Below, piece by piece: positions 49,426-54,964 of a DNA stretch of 54,964 nucleotides. The DNA is taken from contig NC_068981.1 in NCBI RefSeq assembly GCF_001194135.2, positions 62,575,144-62,630,107 on the forward strand. The letters are read 5' to 3'. Source of the DNA: Octopus bimaculoides. Taxonomy: Eukaryota. The notes under the pieces were generated by a model that did not search any database, was not told the origin of the DNA, and saw only the letters and a program-made list of their open reading frames with translations. The position numbers were made by a program, and so were the translations under genes. Each line of letters starts with the position of its first letter. Positions within the stretch are counted from its first letter, which is position 1.

Positions 49426-50303
49426 TGTGTAATTAGCTAAAAAAAAAAGAAATAGATGAGAGGGACAAGTTTTAACAAAGGTGTTATTAGTCTCGAACTT
49501 AAAAGGAAGAGAAAGAAACTCTGGCGTTACGGAGATTGTTACGGGGAAGTACAGCTCATGACCTGACCTTAGAAGGAGCGACATAGTCCTGTAGAGATAG
49601 ATAGTAACTGTTTTCAAAAAAAGTTCCCATACGGGTTACTTGAAGAGAGACAAGTTCTACTAGACTGATCTTGCCATAGATGCACGAGATGAAGAAGCAA
49701 ACTTATACTAGTGTTGTTATTACTAATAATGTCGAACATACTTCAATTTTAGTTTATTTAAAGAATATGAAATGGCGCCACACCAGAGCTGGAAACAATA
49801 TCTATTCATATAAAATCTTGTAAAAATATAATAATTTTAATCATGAAACTATTATTTGTTTTGCGATAAGTAGTCCTTCCTTTAAGCATTTTTCTTAATC
49901 AACCTAGTGGACTGATGAATTTTTTCCAAGTTGATTTATTTTGCCATAGAATTTCTGAAGAACAAAGAAGTTACTTTCCTTTTAATTTTCCTTTAATTTA
50001 TTTTTGTGTATGAGATAGCGTTTTAGACATGCAATAGGCAAGTCTCAGGTTAAAGTTATTTTATACTATATTAAACTGTTTTAACTATATTCACTCAGTT
50101 GCCGCTTGTATTACCTACTGATGCTGAGAAATTGTTCTCTCTCTTGATTTTCTATAACAGCAACAGCAACACAAACAATAACCAGCAAGTGAAAAAAAAC
50201 ACTAATGATCATAATTATGTTAAACATTGAAGTTACTGCTACTGCCGCTGCAGCTGATGTTAAAGGTAGTGATGATGGTGGTGGTGTTGGTTGTGGTGGT
50301 GGT

Positions 50304-50484
50304 TAAGGCGTTTGTCAATCAGAAGCTTTAGAATGTTGGACAAAATGCCTTGCTTTCGGAGTTCATATCATCTCTGCTATTCATTTTTCTGGAGTCGATA
50401 AAATAGTACCAACTGAGTACTGGGATCAATGTAATCGATTATCCCTTCCCCTGAACTTCAGGCTTTGTGTCTATATCAGAAATT

Positions 50485-50486
<2 letters not shown>
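50304..50486 (+). mobile_element. SINE-A, old, followed by a (GAT)n tail
   Basis: ggagtcgataaaatagtaccaactgagtactgggatcaatgtaatcgattatcccttcccctgaacttcaggc. Confidence 0.75.
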
Positions 50487-50518
<32 letters not shown>

Positions 50519-50554
50519 CATTTTACTAGCCACAGAGGAATAGACGAGGGAATA

Positions 50555-51900
50555 ATTATTATTACTATCATTATTTCATACACGCACAACAGATTAGACT
50601 GTTGGATTCAAATTCTGCCGAAGTCGACTTTACCCTTCATCCTTTCGCGGTCGATAAATTAAGTCGATCTAATCGACTGGCCCCCTCCCCCAAAATTTCG
50701 TGTCTTATGCCTTGAGTAGAAAAAATTAGACTGTTGGAAAAAAATTCATAACATCAGGCTACAACAGGTAACCCTAGATATCAAGAACTTTCCTAAGTAT
50801 CCTAGCTGTCCCTAATAACACTGTTTTCTGAAGCTGCACTAACCTAGGTTTTATGGCTATTTACTCTATCCATCTGTTCAAATCTTTAGGGATAATTCCT
50901 AACGCACCAATAACTACAGGCATACATTTTACCTGCACTTTCTTTAGTCTCTATAATTCAATGGCTATGTCCTGGTGCCTTGATATTTTCTCTATATCAC
51001 TCATAGTGACTTTCTCATCATTTGGGACTAGAAAGGCAATTACCTGGCATTTTCTGTTCTCTTTCTATAATACTACTAGATCAGACCTACTAGCTTCTAT
51101 TACTCGGTCAGTTTGAATGTTAAAACCAAGTAACATCTTATATTTCTTACTTTCTAACTCTTTATTAGGTTCATGTTCATACCATGCAACGTCTTCTATT
51201 GCCAATCAGATAATCTTTCTTCTTTTTTCTGATTTTTAACTTTATTTGGTTTTTTGGTTACCCTATCTCCTACTGATACTTTAGCAGCACTCAGTAAAAT
51301 TTCCTTATTATTACCTACATACGAGGCTATATCTGCTCTAATTTTACACAGTCTTATACTGATATTAAACTTCTAACACCTTCCTTCCTAGGTAAATATA
51401 GTCTTGCTACTCTTGCTCTTGGATGAAGAACTCCATTCATATTGCATTCCTTCCTAGTTCTTCTGTCTATATTTGCTAATTCAGATTTTGTTCAATCTAC
51501 AAAAGCTGCTGAATATCGAAGTAGCGACACAGCTCAAGTATTTATTTACAGCCTTCACTAGATTCAGGCCATTTACTTTCGACTTCATTATAGTCCTCAC
51601 CCATCTGATGTACTCCTTCTCAACTTACGCATTTCCTTCTATAGTAATCTGTCAGGTTCTAATACTCCTAAGTACTTATAACTTTTTCCTTCGTTCAGTA
51701 ATTTCAATGTCTGGCCATCTGGTAACTGAATGCCTTCACTGCTGACTACCTGTCCCTTTTTTTTATGACTGAGATTGGGCACTTAGTTATGCCAAATTCT
51801 ATACCTATATCTCGGAAGAGTCTGAGTTCGTATTAAGATATCTATCTCTTTATTTTTGTTAAAAAGTTTCAGATTGTCCATGTAGAGGCAATGGTTAATT
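50555..51900 (-). mobile_element. R4/Dong-clade LINE fragment (RT end, thumb, RLE, 3'UTR), CCHC region deleted
   Basis: Minus strand: INHCLYMDNLKLF..GIEFGITKC..SYKYLGVLE..LHPRARVARLYLPRKEG..KTLHG|YEHEP..IQTDRVIEASRSDLVVL..FLVPNDEKV..PVVIGALGIIP..QKTVLLGTARILRKVLDI*; TAA-like tail at ~50555-50575. Confidence 0.85.
50607..50724 (+). mobile_element. 5'-truncated SINE-A inserted in the LINE 3'UTR with a 14-bp TSD
   Basis: TSD attagactgttgga at 50593-50606 and 50725-50738. Confidence 0.9.
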
Positions 51901-51904
51901 TCAA

Positions 51905-53255
51905 AATCTCATAATCCTAGCTATTCCCAGCATAGCAGGTTTTTGGGTTTACTCTGCTCTCATGTCAATTGCGATTTCTCGACATATTTCTCCAACTTGG
52001 TTGTTAGTGCTCCCAGTACCCCTACAACTACTGGAATGACAGACACTCTCATCATAGTCCACATTCATGCAATTTCGTATTTTAGTAGTCTGTGTTTTCG
52101 TGCTCTGTGCGAGCCGTAGTTTTCACATAACCTCCAGTGGACGAACTGAGCCACGTTATTGTGCCTCCTTTTGTAGTGCTTTTGGATCAGCTTGCTACAC
52201 TCACTCACAAGATGTGAGATTGTTTCGTTTCTGCTGCCACACATCCTACAAAGGGGCGATTTGCTACTCTTATCTATTTGGAACTTGGTGCAATTACTTC
52301 TCAGAGCTTGTTCTTGAGTGCTGCATATCAAAGCCTCTGTCCATCCTTTCAGATCACTTCTACTTAGCCATCTCCAAATATTGATCTTGTCTTTTCCCTC
52401 GATTTTTCTGAGGTATTGCCCATGCAATGATTTCATTCTTTACTCTTTCTTTTTCATCTTGTTTCTTAAATGTTTCTGGGTGCATCACAGACGACACCAC
52501 TTTGCCTCTTTGTATTATAAGCATACCACACTTTTTAATCCCAAATTCCATTCCGACATCCTAACTGAATATCTGCACTGTCAAAACCAGGCCATTTATT
52601 TCACTTCGGTCTTCCCAAAGATCTTTAAGTCATCCATATATGACAGATGATTTAATTTTCCTCCTATTTTCAAGGTATACCCCGATGTCTGTACTATCTG
52701 TGTGAGGGGTATCATGCACATCACAAACAGCAATGGCGATATGCTATCTCCTGAAATATGCCTCTCTTGATGTTAACCCTCACCAAAAAATTTTCACATA
52801 AAGTTAACTGTGTATTCCAGTTTTTCATTGCTCTTCTAACAAAATTTGATATGTTACCAGACACTCGTACCAGCTCAAGACTTTCTAAAATCAAAGAATG
52901 GGGGACCATGTCATGCGCTTTCTTATAATCAAACCACGCCATACCCAGATTAGTAAGCCTTTTCTTGCAGTCGCTCAGTACCATTCTGTCTATCAGAAGT
53001 TTGTTCTTTTGTCCCTCAGCTTTTCCTTCTGCATCCTATCTGTTTCACTGGCAGTTTGTCGTTGATTTCCAGGACGTTATACACATTATTAGATATTATT
53101 CCTGTCATCAGCTTCCATATCAAAGGACAGACTGGTGTTAAGCCGGTAATTATCCACTGCATTGCCTTCACGGAATCTTTGTGGCAAGGAATTGTTGTAC
53201 CTCCGGTCAGTCACTTTGGCATTTGCACCTCGTTCTTGATCATTTTATCCATTTG
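51905..53255 (-). mobile_element. R4/Dong-clade LINE fragment (RT domain + CCHC; thumb and RLE core deleted)
   Basis: NAVDNYR..IWKLMTGII..GCRRKS*GTKEQLLID..AWFDYKKAHDMVPHS..IKRGIFQ(G)DSISPLLFVMCMIPL..NHLSYMDDLKIF..MEFGIKKC | KSLHGQYL..EALICSTQEQAL..CRMCGSRNETISHLVSEC..RRHNNVA..HW | LKYEIA*MW..IPVVVGVLG. Confidence 0.9.
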
Positions 53256-53257
53256 TG

Positions 53258-53775
53258 TATTATTACTATTCAGTAGTCTTACTTTTACCACGTGCTTTCA
53301 CGGCACTACCGAGCACAGCTCTGTGTGCCTTGGGTATGTGCTGTGGTTTGTTGTGATGCTCTTATTTTTACTGTATTGAAAGTGTTTTACGTAGGATGTG
53401 TGCAGTGCCTAATAGTGCTATTTTCTGCATGTTATATACATTTGTAACTCCTTATGTGTTTGTTATGTATTTGTCTGAATATTTTTATCATACCTAATGC
53501 GCCTACTATGAGAGAAATTGTTTCTGTTTTTAGATTTCACATTCGAGTTACCTCTATTTCCAGCTCTTTGTATTGTGAAAGTCTCTCCATTTCTTTTAGA
53601 GAAACATTGTCATATGTTGGTATTGAGACCGATTAGAAAGTATTTTTTTGTCTGAGATCTCTGACAACTATATCCGGCTTATTGGTCTTAATTTTTCTTT
53701 CTGTATGTATTGGCATATCCCAGAGTATGGTTGCTTTCTCATTTTCTTGTGACCTTTTCAGGCGTGTGCCTATAC
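53258..53775 (-). mobile_element. R4/Dong-clade LINE 3' end (RLE + 3'UTR), flanked by TAA repeats
   Basis: KATILWDMPIHTERKIKTNKPDIVVRD..SIPTYDNV..LSQYKELEIEV..ISLIVGALG; the 3'UTR ends gactactgaatagtaataat; the 5' junction lies against (TAA)n at 53797+. Confidence 0.85.
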
Positions 53776-53793
53776 CATCTTTTTCTGTTGTTG

Positions 53794-53796
<3 letters not shown>

Positions 53797-53856
<60 letters not shown>

Positions 53857-53891
53857 CATCATCATCATCATCATCATAATCATCATCATCA

Positions 53892-53966
<75 letters not shown>
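53797..53966. repeat. (TTA)n-(TCA)n-(TTA)n microsatellite
   Basis: Direct reading. Confidence 0.95.
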
Positions 53967-53967
<1 letters not shown>

Positions 53968-53971
<4 letters not shown>

Positions 53972-54180
53972 GCGAACAGGCAGGACCGTTAGGACGCCGA
54001 GCAAAATGCTTAGCGGCATTTCGACCGTCTTTACGCTCTGAGTTCAAATCCCACCGAGGTCGACTTTACCTTTCATCCTTTCAGGATCGATAAAATAAGT
54101 ACCAGTTGAATACTAGGGTCGATGTAATCGACTTATCCCCTCCCATGAAATTTCAGGCTTTCTGCTTATAGTAAAAAGGA
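53968..54180 (+). mobile_element. SINE-A followed by a (TTA)/(TTG)n tail
   Basis: gtggcgaacaggcaggaccgttaggacgccgagc..gaggtcgactttacctttcatcctttcaggatcgataaaataagtaccagttg..aaatttcaggc. Confidence 0.9.
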
Positions 54181-54194
54181 TTATTACTATTATT

Positions 54195-54245
<51 letters not shown>

Positions 54246-54912
54246 GCTTTTGTTGTTAGAGTGGCGGGGTGTTGTCTGAATTGTTAGCAAAATGGTTAGC
54301 TTCTGTATTTTCCGCGCATGAAGGTATACTACATACAAACACACGTATGCGCACGTGTTACTATAGAAAGGAAGCGGAGAGAGAGAAGGAGAGAGGTGTA
54401 GAGAGATAAGTATGCGTATATACTGTCATATAGATGGGTGGAACAGTCAACAATCTTAAAAAAATAACACGATGTATAATATATATCGCTATATGCTCAC
54501 ATACGTTTGCTTTGAGACGCTAGAACGTACGTAAAACTATTTTAATAGAATGTAAACAAGAATATCCTTAAAAACAACGTGAATATTTTCACACTATATA
54601 TGAAGCAGAAACCAATATCAAATGATTTTTTAAAGTAATTTGATATCTTATATGTAATATAGTGGGTATTTGACTATACGACGAATACAGATGAAACAAT
54701 TGTCTATGTGTGAATTACAACAAGGGGTTGTGGTCTTCCAAATAAAAATAGCCATGAAAATATAGAATTAGACCATTCATATTACCAGTTATTCCGTTTA
54801 TCTATACATACAGTCAATGTTGACCTATTTGCACACGCACACACACATACATATATTAAAATCCATACATACATGAACACTTACATATATTCAAACACAC
54901 TCACAACTATAA

Positions 54913-54964
<52 letters not shown>

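Overview
Eukaryotic, AT-rich, repeat-dominated draft-assembly DNA with 11 N-gaps, each at a microsatellite. The SINE families and (AT)n/(GT)n/(ATAC)n/(TAA)n content suggest an octopus or other coleoid cephalopod; this is inferred from recalled repeat families, not a search. No intact recognisable host gene, rRNA, tRNA gene or CRISPR array is visible, and most ORF-track entries are microsatellite or N-gap artefacts. Supported content: (1) about 20 copies of one tRNA-headed SINE family (A) with at least three alternative 3' tails, several copies of a CORE-like family (B), and one V-domain-like SINE with a TSD; (2) four decayed R4/Dong-type non-LTR retrotransposon fragments tied to (TAA)n, three of them head-to-tail at 50.5-53.8 kb; (3) DNA transposon relics: Academ-like XPG/FEN1 nuclease, maT/DD37D, Tigger/pogo, hAT, mariner, Chapaev3, a Helitron 3' end, a HINE-like element and a fold-back MITE; (4) unexplained structures: a candidate spliced coding exon (27089-27251), a 236-bp tandem duplication whose substitutions are mostly synonymous in one frame (28926-29389), a perfect 131-bp direct repeat flanking a 481-bp insert, a 42-bp repeat 4.25 kb apart, and an interstitial (TTAGGG)n tract. 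Family names come from recalled motifs and need database confirmation.
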